Assembly (NCBI RefSeq): GCF_009914755.1
Contig: NC_060926.1
Strand: one strand, 5' to 3'
From: the human T2T-CHM13v2.0 reference genome, Homo sapiens
Length of the DNA stretch: 64,000 bases
Positions 1 to 14,612 of the stretch are shown in pieces (positions within the stretch are counted from its first letter, which is position 1; every line of letters starts with the position of its first letter). The notes under the pieces were generated by a model. It was not told the origin of the DNA and searched no databases. It worked only from the letters and a program-made list of their open reading frames with translations. The position numbers and the translations under genes are program-made.

Positions 1-574
1 AGCTCATGTTTCAAATCAGATTAGAGCTAATGTGGCCAGAACATAAGAACACAAGGAAAAATGAACAAAATGTTGTAGGTATGAATGTGCTGTGGGGCGT
101 GCTTTGTTTAAAGCAAACCTCATAAAAGAAGAGCAGGGTTAAAGAAGCCTATTAAGTTAGGGATCACTTATTTGCTTTACAAGAAGGGAGGGACTTAAGC
201 ACAGCTCTTGTGGCACATTCGGAATAGAATTTGACTTACAAAAAAGTCTAGATCACAGATTCCGAGTTGAAAGCATGTCATATAAGTGAGATAAAGAACA
301 GTGATGCCTTATTTAACTGGGGAACAGATTTCAGGTAACCTTGGGTAACCAGAACGTGATCATGAATCAGAAAGTGCTGTGGAAGAATAGAAAGAACTGA
401 ACTGAACTGAATGGCCAGGGGTCCGGCCTCCCACGACCCCCAATCCCATTCTCTATACCTTGTTTCCTATTGGCGAAAAGAAGGTATTAGACAGTTTCAA
501 AGTCTCTCCCCTTGTTAAAAATTGATAATGTAATCTATCCTTTATTTGTTTTTATATATTTTATATATTTATAT

Positions 575-1250
<676 letters not shown>

Positions 1251-1917
1251 TTTCATAAATCTTCTCTTCAGTTCCCTGCAGCTCTAAATTTCTATGACTG
1301 TAACATCTAAGTTAAAAAGATGTCTGAGATGTCTGAGTAAGAAAAAAAATAGTTGTTGCAAATCACATGTGCTGCTTCTCTTGGGGGATAAAGGCCCATT
1401 TGTTCTTGGTCCCTGACCACTGACATGTATGGTGCAAAGCAGGGGCTGAAAACACTGGTCCATATGTCAGCAGAGGCAGGGGGCGAAGGAAGCACATTTA
1501 TTCACAGTGGAGACAGGCCTCTTGCATTGTCAATTTTACCCGTGTGAGAATTGTTGTTCCTGTTGGTGACTGGGTCACTGATAAAAGATTAAATCAGATT
1601 GGAGACAAAAACTGCACTGCCTTTTAAAGCAATATATACATGTAAGAGGTTTTTCATGTTTAAATGTTAAAAAGTCATTTGGGGTTACAGATGAACCTCT
1701 TAAAGAGAAGGCTGTGTATATCGTGTGGGAGCTGGAAGAAAGGGAGTTGTAGAATTTGAGAGGTAGAAGGTTTGAGTGATTTTCCCTCTCTGTATAATGA
1801 TCTGAAGTGAAGAGACCAATGTACTTTTTTAGGGCTGGACTGGGGCACCAGTGGAAAGGCAATCATAGACCATCCAGGTGCTCCCAGAGTTCCCAGAGTT
1901 TAGGGACAACTTGGCAT

Positions 1918-2172
1918 GGGCCATGCTGGCTTACTCTGAAGCAGATACAGCACATACCTTAGGGTGCCAGCAAAGTCAGGGCACTGCAAATTTATTTTGG
2001 AAATAGTTTTATGTTTAATATTTACCAAAAAGCTTCAAAATAGCCATCATGGGAAAAGCCTGAACTTCGCTGGATTTCTTTCTCTTATGGCTTAGGATTA
2101 GATTTATTTAAAATTACATACATGGGGAGCATTAAGTTTCAGGACTAAGGTTCTAAAAGCTGTAACCAGGCC
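1918..2172. mobile_element. Possible ancient hAT-type MITE remnant
   Basis: AT-rich core between loosely complementary ends (GCTGGCTTAC / GTAACCAGGC). Family not identifiable by eye. Confidence 0.25.
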
Positions 2173-3215
2173 AGAATGGGGCCTTTGGAAACCAGCGAGC
2201 TGTGTCCGTCAGTGGGCTGGGCGGTTCTCCATTACAATCTGTGCAAGGAAGAATGAGCCGTTTGCATTTCCGTGGCAGGAATAGTCATTTTGCCACCCTC
2301 AGATTTGATTTCCTCAGAGGAACAGGCTGGGTGCACCTGTTGCTGGTCTGCAGTGTCTCCAGAGAGACTGTGGATTTTCACTGTGACTCATGAGAATTAT
2401 TTATGGCCACCAAGCTGGTGGACACCAGCAGACTGAGTGACGCAGGCTCAGGGAGTGTTTCCCCTCTGTCCATCAAAGGTTTTTCTGGAATGCCTTCAAT
2501 ATATTGGTTTTTAGCATTTGTGCAAGAAAGAGAAAAGAGAATAACTAACTGTCTGGCACATTCAGTAGTGTTCTTCCCAGTCCATTCATTCCTAAAAGGC
2601 TTTCAGTTCAGGCATCCGCTTCGTTGACTTGAAAGTGCATCAGTATCAATATTGGCATCTTATCATTATACTCCACTTCGTGTGTGAAGAGAGACAGTTT
2701 TTATCAGCCTTCCCTCCCCACGCCCCCTTTAATGAATCTAATTTCTGCTGCTGGTATTTGGTATTTGAGGTCATTAGCTCAGTGGAACAGAGCCCTGTGC
2801 TAATGAGTACAAGGTCACAGCTTTGCATGGAGGCGGCACTCTTTCCTGTAGCGGACACCTGCAGGCCCAGCCAACTGCTTTGCCAGCATTTCCATGAGGC
2901 ATGGGAAGCCAGGTGAAGAGGGTACAGGTGGCTTAGAACTCAGCCCATCTTTGTCCTTTTCTGGACACAACACACCGCTCTGAGGTTCTACTGACTATGT
3001 GTCCGTTGTTCTATCTTAGGAAAATGATAGTTTCAGTGTTAATAATAACAGTCAAGCTTCAGAGGTTATTTTTTTAAAAAACCTTCACTCATGGAAAAAG
3101 TTTCTTGGTGTGGATGGTTCATTTTTGTTCATGAATTCACCAAGAAGTTAATGAGTTTTAAGGGCTCTATGGACAGTGAGGAGTCTACAAAGGTAAATAA
3201 GATGCAGCTCCCACC

Positions 3216-3640
3216 TGTCTTAGTTTCCCAGGACTGCCATAACAAAGCACCACAAACTGGGTGGATTACAAGCACAGAAATTTATGACTCTTACTTCTGG
3301 AAACTAGAAGTCCTAAATCAAGGTGTTGGCAGGGCCATGTTCCCTCTGAAACATGTCGGGGAGTTTTTTCTTGTCATTTCCACCTTCTGGTAGCCCCAGG
3401 TACTCCTGGGCTTGTGTTAGCACCGCTCTGCTCCCTGCTCTGCCTTTACAGGGCCCTTTTCCTCTCCCTGTCTTCTCCTCTTCTTATAAGGACAGTCATT
3501 GAATTAGGGCCCACCCTAATGACCTCATCTGAACTTGATTACTCTGCAAAGGCCATATTTCCAAATCAGGTCACATTCATCAGTACCGAGGGCTAGGACT
3601 TCTACATACATTTTTAGGGGACACAATTCAACCCATAAAA
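3216..3640 (-). mobile_element. MLT1C-like MaLR solo LTR
   Basis: TGTCTTAGTTTCCCAGGACTGCCATAACAAAG...GGGGACACAATTCAACCCATAA; degenerate 5-bp TSD CCACC/CCATT. Confidence 0.85.
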
Positions 3641-3748
3641 CCATTTGTCCTCAAGATGCTTCCAATTCAGTGAGGGAGACTGATGGAAAAGATGATGGAA
3701 TCAGTGCTACAAGGGGCCGGAGCACTGTGCTGAAGAGTCCAAGGGAGG

Positions 3749-3833
3749 ACACACACACACACACACACACACCCATGCACACACACCCCCACACACACCC
3801 CACTCCACCCCACACTAAACACACATCTATCAC
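3749..3833. repeat. (AC)12 microsatellite with imperfect CA-rich extension
   Basis: Read directly. Confidence 0.95.
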
Positions 3834-5474
3834 ATGATGTAGAATCGGTCCATTCTAAATGCTCTGTGGGTGAGTTTGCCCTGGCATGTGGGCTCGAGGG
3901 ATGAGTGGAATTTTAGTTGTAGAGAAGTGAGCCGTGCAGGGTGTTTCAAGCTGAACCTGAGCAATGTCATGGATGCACTTTTGGTCTGGCCTGGGAAGGA
4001 AGATGCTTCTGGTAACAATGTGTAAGGGAAGGATTGGACGCTGGAGACTTGAGGCTGACTGAGAGATTCTGCAGGGGGCCAAGGTGGCTCAGGAGGCCTG
4101 AACTTGGAAGTGGTGGTGGGATGAGAAGTCAGGAACAGATCCTGAGGAGTGCGGGGTAGGGGAGTGAAGTAGGTGGGAGGTGGCAATGGATGGGTGGGTG
4201 GGAGAAGGTCAGAGGCGACCCTCAGACTTCCTGAAAGGGCCGATTGGGAGAAAGGTGAAGACTTTATTTAGGCAAGATAGGGGGTTCAGGCAGAGAGTAA
4301 ACTTGAAAGGAAGATAAGTTTGCTTGTAAAGATGTTGAATCTGAGATCATTAAAGCTCCAGTGTAGATGCCCAGCACCAAGTGAGAAACTCGAGATTAGC
4401 ATTCTGGAAGAGAGGCCAGGGCTGGAGGTGAGAATGGCAGTGTGATGGTTGGAACCATGGGGGTGGCTGAGGTGACCTGGAGAGAAAGTGGACAGAAGAG
4501 AAGCAGGGCAAGGCCCAGGTTTAGGGAATGCCCCGAGGCATGGGTAGGAGATGGTGCAGGCCGGAAGGGCAGGGAGGAAGGTCGAGAGGAGATGGTCACC
4601 CAGCAGGGCTGGGTCCTGTCTTGAGCTAGCTGAAAATAATGGAAAATGAGGAGGCTGTCGGATCTGACAGCTGATGTTCTCTCTGAGAGGCTGGTCTCAA
4701 GAAAACTCTCCACAAAGTGACTGGGGCAGAATCCAAATTGCAAGAGGTTAAGGAGAGGTAGAATAAGGCAGTCGGGGTGGACCGTCACCCCTGAGAGGTT
4801 TGGCAAGGAGAAGTGAGAAGGCATGGACATCTGAAGAAGCAGGTTAAAGAGAAGGAATTTTTAGTTAGGGAGGAAGATAGAGAGGACAGTACATTGATAA
4901 GGCGAATTCTGGAAAAGATGGCAGGTCCTAGGATCCATAGCAGGGAGAGAAGTTTGACTGAGACTTAAGGGAAGTTAGGGAACAGATAGGGAGTCGTGGT
5001 GTGAAAGAAGTCCGACTCGTGTGGAAATGTTTAATCCGTGAGGGTCACTCTTCCAGCCACCTTAATCCTGGGGGATGGAATTTTTGACCCGTGGACACAG
5101 ATTTTGTGGTTATTTATTTCTGCTGTATCCTAACGATATGAGGATGAGAGGCTTACACCTCAGCTCCAAGAGCTTCCCATAGCTTCTTGTGGCCATTTCC
5201 AGAACTAAGGGGAGCTCTGGCATTCTAGATAGGCTTTCTCTAGCGTCAAGTATTAAAGCCAGGTAAAATGTCTCATCTAGGAAACGACAGTAGGAGCCTG
5301 AGCTGGAAATAGCAATTATTTTCCCTTCATCACCATCCAGGGGAAGAACTATGCTTTGCCCTCGCCCCTGCCTCTCTCTAGATCTGAATTTTTGGATCTG
5401 GATATGGATGATGGGCAGAAAAGTGAGGATGGGTTCAGGGAACATGGAGTATATGACTTCAACCCCATGCCACG

Positions 5475-6020
5475 TTTATTGGGTGCCAAAGGTTTCACTC
5501 CAGGCCTTCCCCATCTAAGTGCTAACAGACACAAGAGGAACAGGTTTCCTGTCTTCATGGAACTTATGTGGGACTAACAGCCTGTCCTATGCTAGTGGGC
5601 AAGACAAGAATTCCCTGGGAAATGCATATGAATGAGTTGTGTGGTTGAGGAAGGAGAGGCAAAGTCAATGTTGGTTAGAGTGGCTGAGAAAGGTTCAGGG
5701 AGGACATGAGTGAGACTTCGAATGGTGGGTGGATTGGATAGATGGGTAAGACATGGAATAGCATCTTGGGTGGATGGCCAATATGCTGGAAGCAATGTGG
5801 TGTGTCCATGAGACAGTAAGACTGGCAGACTACAGGAGAGTGTATCTGGGGGTGGATGGTAATCAGGTAGGACAAACCTGAAATGTGGAGGGTTTTAAAT
5901 ATCAGGCTGAGTAGTGTGGGCTTTTTCCTGAGAATGGCTGAGAGCTACTAGAAGTTAAAGAGAAGGGATCACATGAGGAGATCGGTGTTTTGGAAAGAGA
6001 CCTGCCTCTCCCTTCTCCTT
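5475..6020 (-). mobile_element. L2 fragment
   Basis: TTTATTGGGTGCC...CCTGTCTTCATGGAACTTA and downstream G-rich L2-like text. Confidence 0.5.
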
Positions 6021-6504
6021 CAGTTTGGCTATAAAGAGCCAACTGCCTCATGTAAGATGCATTGGTCCTGCCCTCTGCCCCTGTGAGACACATACAAGGT
6101 GGCAGTTCCTTCTCCCTGTTTTTCCTGAGTCAGGAAACTTTCTCCCAGCAGCTTGGATGTATTCCTTCAAACTGTACAGAAGGAAGGTTATTGTAAAGTT
6201 TGAGGAGGAAAATCTGTTATTCAGTGTTTCTCCTTTTTTCTCTTCTTCTTGACTTTGGTCTCTTCCCCTTAGCCTCTAAGGATCTTGGTGACATTCCTTT
6301 TTGGATTTTCTCTGTTCCCGCGATGATTTTAATGAAACCATCACCACCCACAGAAAAGAACCCAGAGTCAGGCTGGAGGTAGAGAGGTCAACTTCATTAC
6401 AGTCTTTCTTTCCTTTTCTGCAGGGAGATGGTGTATGTGTTAGATAAATGTACCACCACTTCACCAAATAACTACCCATCACAGAAATCCTTGAAGAAAT
6501 CCTA

Positions 6505-6830
<326 letters not shown>

Positions 6831-6970
6831 ACTAGTAGAATATGTACCATGCTTGTAGGATGCAAGGTCTCATGGGGAAGAGGGTGGAGAGCAGAAAAAA
6901 GAAACAGATTTTAACGTCAGGCTGACAAGAGTTTATTGTACACATCAGTGGTTAGAATAATTACTTAAAA

Positions 6971-7163
6971 TTTTTCTTTTTTTATTTTATTATTATTATA
7001 CTTTAAGTTTTAGGGTACATGTGCACAATGTGCAGGTTAGTTACATATGTATACATGTGCCATGCTGGTGTACTGCACCCATTAACTCGTCATTTAGCAT
7101 TAGGTATATCTCCTAATGCTATCCCTCCCCTCCCCCCACCCCACAACAGTCCCCAGAGTGTGA
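6971..7163 (-). mobile_element. 5'-truncated L1PA (L1PA3-like) 3' end
   Basis: TTATTATACTTTAAGTTTTAGGGTACATGTGCACAATGTGCAGG...CCCATTAACTCGTCATTTAGC; not the L1HS-Ta ACA variant; AAATTTTT on both flanks. Confidence 0.93.
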
Positions 7164-7167
7164 GAAA

Positions 7168-7297
7168 TTTTTTTTTTTGTAGAACAGGGGTCTCTCTGTG
7201 TTGCACAGGCTGGTCTTGAACTCCTGGCCTCAAGTGATCCTTTCACCTAAGCCTCCCAAAGCAATGGGCCTATAGGTGTGAGCCACCACACCTGGCC
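7168..7297 (-). mobile_element. FLAM_C / Alu left monomer
   Basis: TTTGTAGA...CAGGCTGGTCTTGAACTCCTGGCCTCAAGTGATCC...CACACCTGGCC. Confidence 0.9.
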
Positions 7298-10200
7298 GAA
7301 ATAACTTTTTTAAATTATAAAAAAAGGCTTTATTTCTATTGAATACATATTTACAGTCTTTACATATTTACATATTTAACAGGAATAAAGCCTTTTTTTA
7401 TAATTAAATAAATTATATTGCCAGGGCCCCAAAAGAGCCACCTTGTTTTACAGGTCCCTGGGGCATTTGGCAGGAGGCAGTGGAAGTGCACCCATCTCCT
7501 GGCCTGCTCACTTCGAGTTTCCCTTGAGGAGTTTTGTGTGTCTTTGCCCTGATCTCTCCATTTTACATTTTGGGTTTGGTGTTGGCCTCCCCACAGGGCT
7601 GTGTGGTGGGTGAAGCTGCTACTCAGCTTCATCTTTTCACTGGGTTCGAAACAGGCTTTTCTGAATAAGCAAAATGCATGACGAGTAGCTTTGGAGTCTG
7701 TGGCGGTAAGCGGAGGCCCAGAAACCTGATTCTCAGTTTTCCTACCCAGCTAGAATCTTCTCATGGGAAGTTGAGAATGCTGATTGTCACATTGTTCCAC
7801 AGAGTGAAATCTGGCCACCATGCGGCCTCTCATCCTGATAACAAGCTTTTCATTAGACTTTTAGACTCACTGCAGAGCTCAGAGGCTTTGAAGCCCTGGT
7901 GAGGACCTAGAAGTGACTGCTGGGGACTGTGTTGATCATGTGACTGGTCTCATGACCAGAGCCCCCAGTCACAGACCTGCTTTCCTCCCAGGGCCCCACA
8001 CCCCACTTCCTTTTTATTCCAGGTCTTCTTTCCCCCTTGGCTTTTGTACTTGCCACCAAGGCCCATGTTTGGTGCAGAGCTGAAAGCAAACCTTTTTGTG
8101 ACTACATTAATGTCCATGGTAATATTAAAGATTATCCCCTGATTGGAAAAGGTGGATGTTGTTCTAATACTTAGGAACATGCCTCCATATAAGATGAAAT
8201 GCTCTAGTGTAGCTGACAGTGACTGCATCGTCCTTTCAAAGAGTCCATGCTCTACCTGGGAGGGCCTGTGTAGGTGAAGAGGGGGCGCACCCCACTGGCT
8301 GGCCTGGCCCTCCTGGCTGCCCACATTCTGCTTGGCTCTGGTCCGGAGGTTTTATGGGGGATCTGGAGAGCTCTGGTCTGGCTGACGCTGTTGCCCTCTC
8401 TGCCTCTTAATGGCGCTCTGACCTATTGTTTTTGGCCAAAATATGAGTGAAAATCCATTTTATTTATTTAGCCAGGACAGATAAGGACTAACAAACAAAA
8501 CCAAACCAGAGTGGAAATGGCAACCCGAGGCTCCCCAGCAAAAGCAAAGAATTGGAGGGACAGAGAACAGGCTCTGCTCTTCACTCAGGGTGGACTGGTT
8601 GGCATCTCTATGTGGGTGGCATCTCTAGCTCTTTCTTTTGTTCCGGCTCTGATTACCTCCCTCCCTAGGTGACATCCCTGCAGGTGCCATCTTCACCTGA
8701 AGGCCCTTGGCTCCAACCTGCCTCTGTTCCCAGGAGCTTTCTGGAAGTTACTTCCTGTTTCACAGCCCCTCTCTTACTTTGAGGTTCCCATTTCCAGACT
8801 GAAAGGACAGACTACCTCTGCTGACCACCCCAATTTCCAGCAAGCTTTTTAAAATGGATTAGCACCTAGGGATTCTTGCAGGCAGGTGGAATTTATCCCC
8901 AGATTCTTTAATTGGATGTAGTTTTTTTTTACATTGGAAGAAATTGAGAATATTAACACTCTTGCACACATCTTCCTAGACAGGGTGAATGGAAAGCAGC
9001 CCTTTGACAGAAGAAAGACAGAGACCAGTTTCCAGTGAGCTCCTGAGGGTATGTCAACTCCATGTAGATTTATTTTCAATTTCCAAGCAGCTAAGATTCT
9101 AGTGGACGTCAGTTTGTGCTGGCTTTATTTTCACAAATGCTCCATTGGGTGCCACATGCGAATGTGGCTGTTGGCCGCAGGTTAGGTGGCACACGCTCAT
9201 TTTGTGGGCAAGTTCTGGAAAAGTGGTTAGCATAGGGTTTTGCAACGTAGTGATCTACTTTATAGATTTATATGTAAGTACCCAGATTGGTGGTAGGTGA
9301 ATTTGGTGGAATCATTTTCTACCAGCATCCTAAAATCATATTTAGAATTGTATTTTAGCAAAATGAATGTAGTCTGGCTGGATATAAAACAAAAATTTCC
9401 AGTTGGGGGTGAAAGTGAAGGGAAGGGCTATTTAGAGGGAGTGTCCCCAGCCGGTGGGGACCTGGCTCCCTGGGGGTTGGGGATGGGGGTATAAGAGGCT
9501 CGATTTTGCCCATCTCTGCTAATGATGTGGAGCTCCAGTAAACAGCAAGTTAATGGACTTCCCAGATATGTGAATTTCAACAGCTGTTGCAAACAACAGT
9601 GAGCACAGAAAAAAAAATATATGAAGGAAGAGAGAAAGGAAGAGGAAAGAGAGGAAGAGAGGGGGAGGGGCGTCAGCAATGGAAGTAGGAAACAACAAGG
9701 ATGAGGTCCAGTTTTTAAAATCCAGATTCTTGTATCTGGGCCTGATTGCAAATGCCATGTATCCTAGGAAGCCATCTGGAAAAACAGCCAATCTGAGAAT
9801 GCCCTGAGGGTGGCCAAGGACAGACTTGTGGAGGGAGTTGTCTGGATTTCCTAGGGCTTGGTGTGCCTTTAGAGGGGAGTAGAACAGACTTTTGATATAG
9901 AAAGTACATGTGGTTACCCTCCCTTTTGGGAGAATTAACATCCATGGACTTAGAAATTCACCATCAGTAGTAGGTTAAAATTTATGTATTGCCAAGGAGT
10001 GGTAAGAGATTACATCTTGTCATCTTGTTTTAAGACTCTTTATAAACTAGCCCCTAGTTTTTATTTTTTCTAGCTTCGTCTATTTCTATTTTTAATAGAC
10101 GCCTTATACCTCAGGCAGGTGGGGTGGTTTGCTGTTCCCATAATATATTTTTTTCCTTCTGCTTGGAAGCTCTGCCTTGTGCCCCCAACTCCCTCCTGTC

Positions 10201-11688
10201 CTCCTCCCTGTCTGCTGTTCGTCCTTAGCAGGCAAAGGAGGGGCTCCCCCTAATCCCCAGAGGTGTCACTCCCTGCAGGGCCCAGCAGCCTTTTGCACGG
10301 ACCTCTGCTGGGACACTGACCCCACTGCCTTCTTGTTATGTGTGTCTTTGTCTGTAGCTTCTCAGAGTTAAGATGCTGAAATATTGCAGTGAAGTAGGCC
10401 TTTTTCTTTCTCTGTCTCTCAAGTGACTCAAATTGTTTCGCTGACTTGATCAGAGCTCAGTAAAGGTTGGCTGAGTCAGAGTGAATGAGTTAACCATGAG
10501 TTACAAAGTGAAGGAATAGCCAGATTGCTTCCTCTGTGACACCACACAGAGCCCGTCTGTGTGGTTGAGGGGCCGCTGGTGAAGGATGAGGGGCACCAGC
10601 CCCCATGCTGTGTGGGTCACTGTAGACATGGCTCTGCTGTCATCTGTACAGAGGCCAAACTTGTTTTAGCCTTAATAACTGTTTAAAGCTGACTCCCAAG
10701 GAAACCAGTCTTGTTTTTTTATGGTCCTGGAGGATTTCAGAAGCAGATCTGGAGATGTGTGTGCACAGGGTAAGGTGGTAAAGGTATACAGTTGGGTCCT
10801 TAGAGAGCAGTGGCTTAGAGGAGACTGTGCTGTTGCTGTGGGCTGATGCGGGAGGTGTGATTCTCTTGGAATCCCGGAAGGCACCAGTGTGGATGCCGCC
10901 GCTTGTGTCTGATGAGTGGAGAAATGGGTGCTCGTTTTGCACACTGATGAGATCAAGGAAGTGTGGGGAGCTGAGGGGTGCAGGGGGTAGCAGGTGGGGT
11001 GATAGCTCTCTGGTTTTCCTGTGATTTCTAGGTGTAAATTGGGCTGTTGAGGGGAGGCAGTGGCCAGGCCCAGCCCACCAGTGGAAGGCAGAAGGCACGA
11101 GCCACAAGATGAACGGGGGCAGTTAACTAACCAGGCCGCCTGGGGTTGAGGATGAAATGGGTACCTGAGTTTTCCTTTTAAGTAGCAGAGGGCTAACATC
11201 TGAGGCCCTGCCGGGAGCCAGGGTCTCGGTGGAGGGTGAGAACACACCTGGGAGCAATATAGAGAGGTCTTTTTTCTTTGCAGCACTCAAAGTCTGATGG
11301 CAAAGAGAGACATCTATGAAGTAACCCCCAAAGAAATGGAAAACTAAGGGTGGTGAGGAGGGCAGTGAGGGAGACATAGATGGTAAGCAGAGGTCCTGGG
11401 TAGGGGTTTTTGAGCTGGTCTAGGAGGTCAGAGAGGGCTCCTTGGTCGGTATGCTTGAGCTGAGAGGCCAAGGAGGACAGGATTGGTTCGGTGAGGAAGG
11501 GAGAGAAGTCTGAAGCAGAAGGAACAGTAGAAGCAGCCCGGCACTGTCATTCTTTGATGTAATAAATTTCCTCCAGATATTCAAGTCTGTGCTTCTGCTT
11601 GACTGAGGATCATCTAGGAAATGAAACTAAACTTGGCTTCGACCTAGACCTTGTGTGACCTTGAGGTCATCACCCTCTCACAGGTGGG

Positions 11689-12139
11689 TGCTATGAGTTG
11701 AAGTGTGTCCCAGCAGAAAAAGACATTGAAATCTTAATCCCCCCGTACTTCAGAATGTGACCTTATTTGGAAGCAGGGTCTTTGCAGATGTAATCAAGTT
11801 AAGATGAAGTCACTGGGGTAGGCTCGGATCCAATATGACTGGTGTCCTTATAAGAAGGGGAAATTCAGATGCAGAGGCAGATGCAGGGAGAGGGCGGCCC
11901 CGTGAGGACAGACACAGAGATAGGAGCTGTGCTCCCGTAAACCAAGGAATGCCTGGGGCTCCCAGAAGCTGGCGGAAGCAAGGAAGGACCCTCCTTTAGA
12001 TGCCTTGGAGGGAGTGTGGCCTTGCTAACACCTTGATTTTGGACTTCTGACCTTAACAACTTGGAAGGAAGGCATTTCCATTGTTTTAAGCCACCTGGTT
12101 AGTGGTTCCTTTTTGTGGCAGCCCTAGGAAACTAAGACA
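11689..12139 (+). mobile_element. MLT1C-like MaLR solo LTR
   Basis: TGCTATGAGTTGAAGTGTGTCCC...GCAGCCCTAGGAAACTAAGACA; TG...CA termini. Confidence 0.88.
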
Positions 12140-12948
12140 GTAGAGGAAGGAAGGACAAAGAAGGATTGTGTTGAAGATGAAGTAGAATATATTTATACCT
12201 AGAACAAGGCCAGGAACATAATAGGTGCTCAATGAACAGTATCTACTCTTGTCTCATTGGGTAGAAAACGGGCACATTTTATTTTTCTATGTGTGTGATG
12301 GGGTAGGGTTTGTTTTTTGTGTGTTTTTGGAAAAATTGGAAGTACTCAAAGGTTAAATTGGGATGCTACCTATCTATCTATTGATTGATCCACCTATCTA
12401 TCTGTCTATCAAATTTGCAGTCACCCTAGAGAATCCTTTACTTACCTGTGCTGAAAAAAATGCTCCCATCAGTTACCCTATGATGAGGTCTCCAGCCCTT
12501 TCATCAGAAGACAGAGCTTTAAAATGCAAGTGGGTAACAGTGACCTGAAGACATACTAACAGGTAAATGATAGATCTCCAGATTCTTCTTTGAGGGCAGT
12601 TTTGATTTTGATACCAAGGTGGGAGAGCACAGAGCTTACCAAGGCAATAAAGGCCTGAAGTACAGAGGAGGGCACCCCACATGAGATAATGCAGTGAAGA
12701 AAACTTGTTTTGCCCACCTCCTAGGTTCACCCAGGCATGGCCCCAGATGGAAACAGAATTTTTCCTGGTGCTCCAGGCTGCTTCCCATTCCCATGTAAAT
12801 TCTAGTCTGATAAAGCCTCACCTATTACACAGGTGTTTTAGAAAACATCTGGATTCTTAGAGACACCGACGAGTCTAGATTATTTTTTTCCTTCTTCTCT
12901 TAGTATCTGAAATTTAGGACTCACCGTCACAACACAAATACAAAGATG

Positions 12949-13293
<345 letters not shown>

Positions 13294-13339
13294 TCAGATA
13301 CAGATGTGGAAATCTACCTGGTTTTAGTAGCTGGTAAGG

Positions 13340-13540
13340 AGGCTTTAGTGTTGGGCAGCCCGGAATACTAGTCCCAGCTCTTGGGCAAGCTATTAGCCTT
13401 TCTGCACCTGTGAAATGGGGATGATCATGCCTACCCACTACAATCAGTTTTCATAGTGATGATCAGCTGAGAGAGCATCTGTAAACTGCCTAGTCTATTG
13501 TGTGTGTTATAGAAGGCGCTCGGTCAACATGGTCAGTTTT
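13340..13540 (+). mobile_element. MIR
   Basis: Core CTTGGGCAAG...CTGTGAAATGGGGATGATC and a MIR-like tail. Confidence 0.6.
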
Positions 13541-14288
13541 ACTTGCATGTGTTTATCCTGAGCGGTGGACTTTATGCCTCCTGAAGGCTGATTGTTGGGA
13601 TTACTTCAAGCATCCAGTTCTGTACCTGGTTCCATAAACATTTGTTGAATAACTATTGATTGAGATTTAGTCACTGTTTTACCATAGTGATATCTAAATC
13701 ACTATTATATAGTAGAACCCTTCTTTTTTTTCCCCCAAAATAAAGCTCTAGGGGTACCCCAGCATATAAAGTGAATCTAAGAAGAGCTTCTGCTATTGCA
13801 AGCAGGACACGAACCACCTCTCTTTTCCATTTCTTTCCTTCACTGTTCCTCAGACATACCCTACAAGGAGCCATTTGAACACCTTACTCTGGGAGTAGAA
13901 GGGCTAAAAGCTCTGCTAGAACTGAAGTTTGAAAAGAGTCATTCCACAGAAAGACTTCTGGGCTTAGTGTTCCGGAGATCAGCTGCTAAGGCCATAGCTA
14001 ACAGCCTCGGCAGATAAGAGCCTTTCCTATTATCAAGTTTTCTTGAGAAAGCCTTTTTTCCGCCCCCGTCAGGAAGTCAGTCCTTATTCCTAACTAAAAG
14101 TTGTAAAATTTAGCTGTCCTTAGTAAAGGTGGAACACATGGTCCTCAGCTTCTGTTTTATTTATTTTTTTTTTGTATTTCTGATGGCTGTTGTTATGTCA
14201 CTCCTACCTGAGTTAGAGGCCACAGTGCTGTTTGCTTTCCTCCTATATTTTATTCTCTAGCCCTTAAAGGAATAATCAAAACTCCTTG

Positions 14289-14612
14289 GGCTGGGTGTGG
14301 TGGCTCACATCTGTATTCCTAGCACTTTGGGAGCCTGAGGCAGGAGGATCACTTGAGGCCAGGAGTTCAAGATCAGACTGGTCAACATAGTAAGACCCCC
14401 ATCTCTAAAAATAATTTGAAAAATGTAGCCAGACATGGTGGCATGTACTTGTAGTCCCAGCTACTCGGGAGGCCAAAGTGGGAGGATTGTTTGAACCCCT
14501 AAGTTTGAGGCTGCAGTGAGCTGTGATCACAACACTGCACTCTAGCCTGGGTGACAGAGTGAGACCTTGTCTCTAAAAAAAAAAAGAATAAAGAAAAGAA
14601 AAGAAAAAAAAA
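14289..14612 (+). mobile_element. AluJ
   Basis: GGAGGATCACTTGAGGCCAGGAG and GAGGCTGCAGTGAGCTGTGATC (J-type); A-rich tail. Confidence 0.95.

Larger units (their letters stand above)
3120..4960 (-). mobile_element. L2 LINE fragment (3' end plus RT region), interrupted by MLT1C and (CA)n
   Basis: L2 tail-like text at ~3120-3210 resumes after 3641. Minus-strand ORF 4396-4830 contains LLNLLQFGFCPSH, resembling the L2/CR1-type RT motif LLNPLQSGFxPxH. Confidence 0.7.

Noticed and set aside
5356-5577. Acidic peptide after a good acceptor (CCTCTCTCTAG at 5381) as a coding exon
   Set aside because: No strong donor, no recognisable protein, and it runs into L2-like sequence.
10640-11286. Overlapping 155- and 204-aa minus-strand ORFs
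   Set aside because: No recognisable motif; consistent with chance ORFs in GC-rich sequence.
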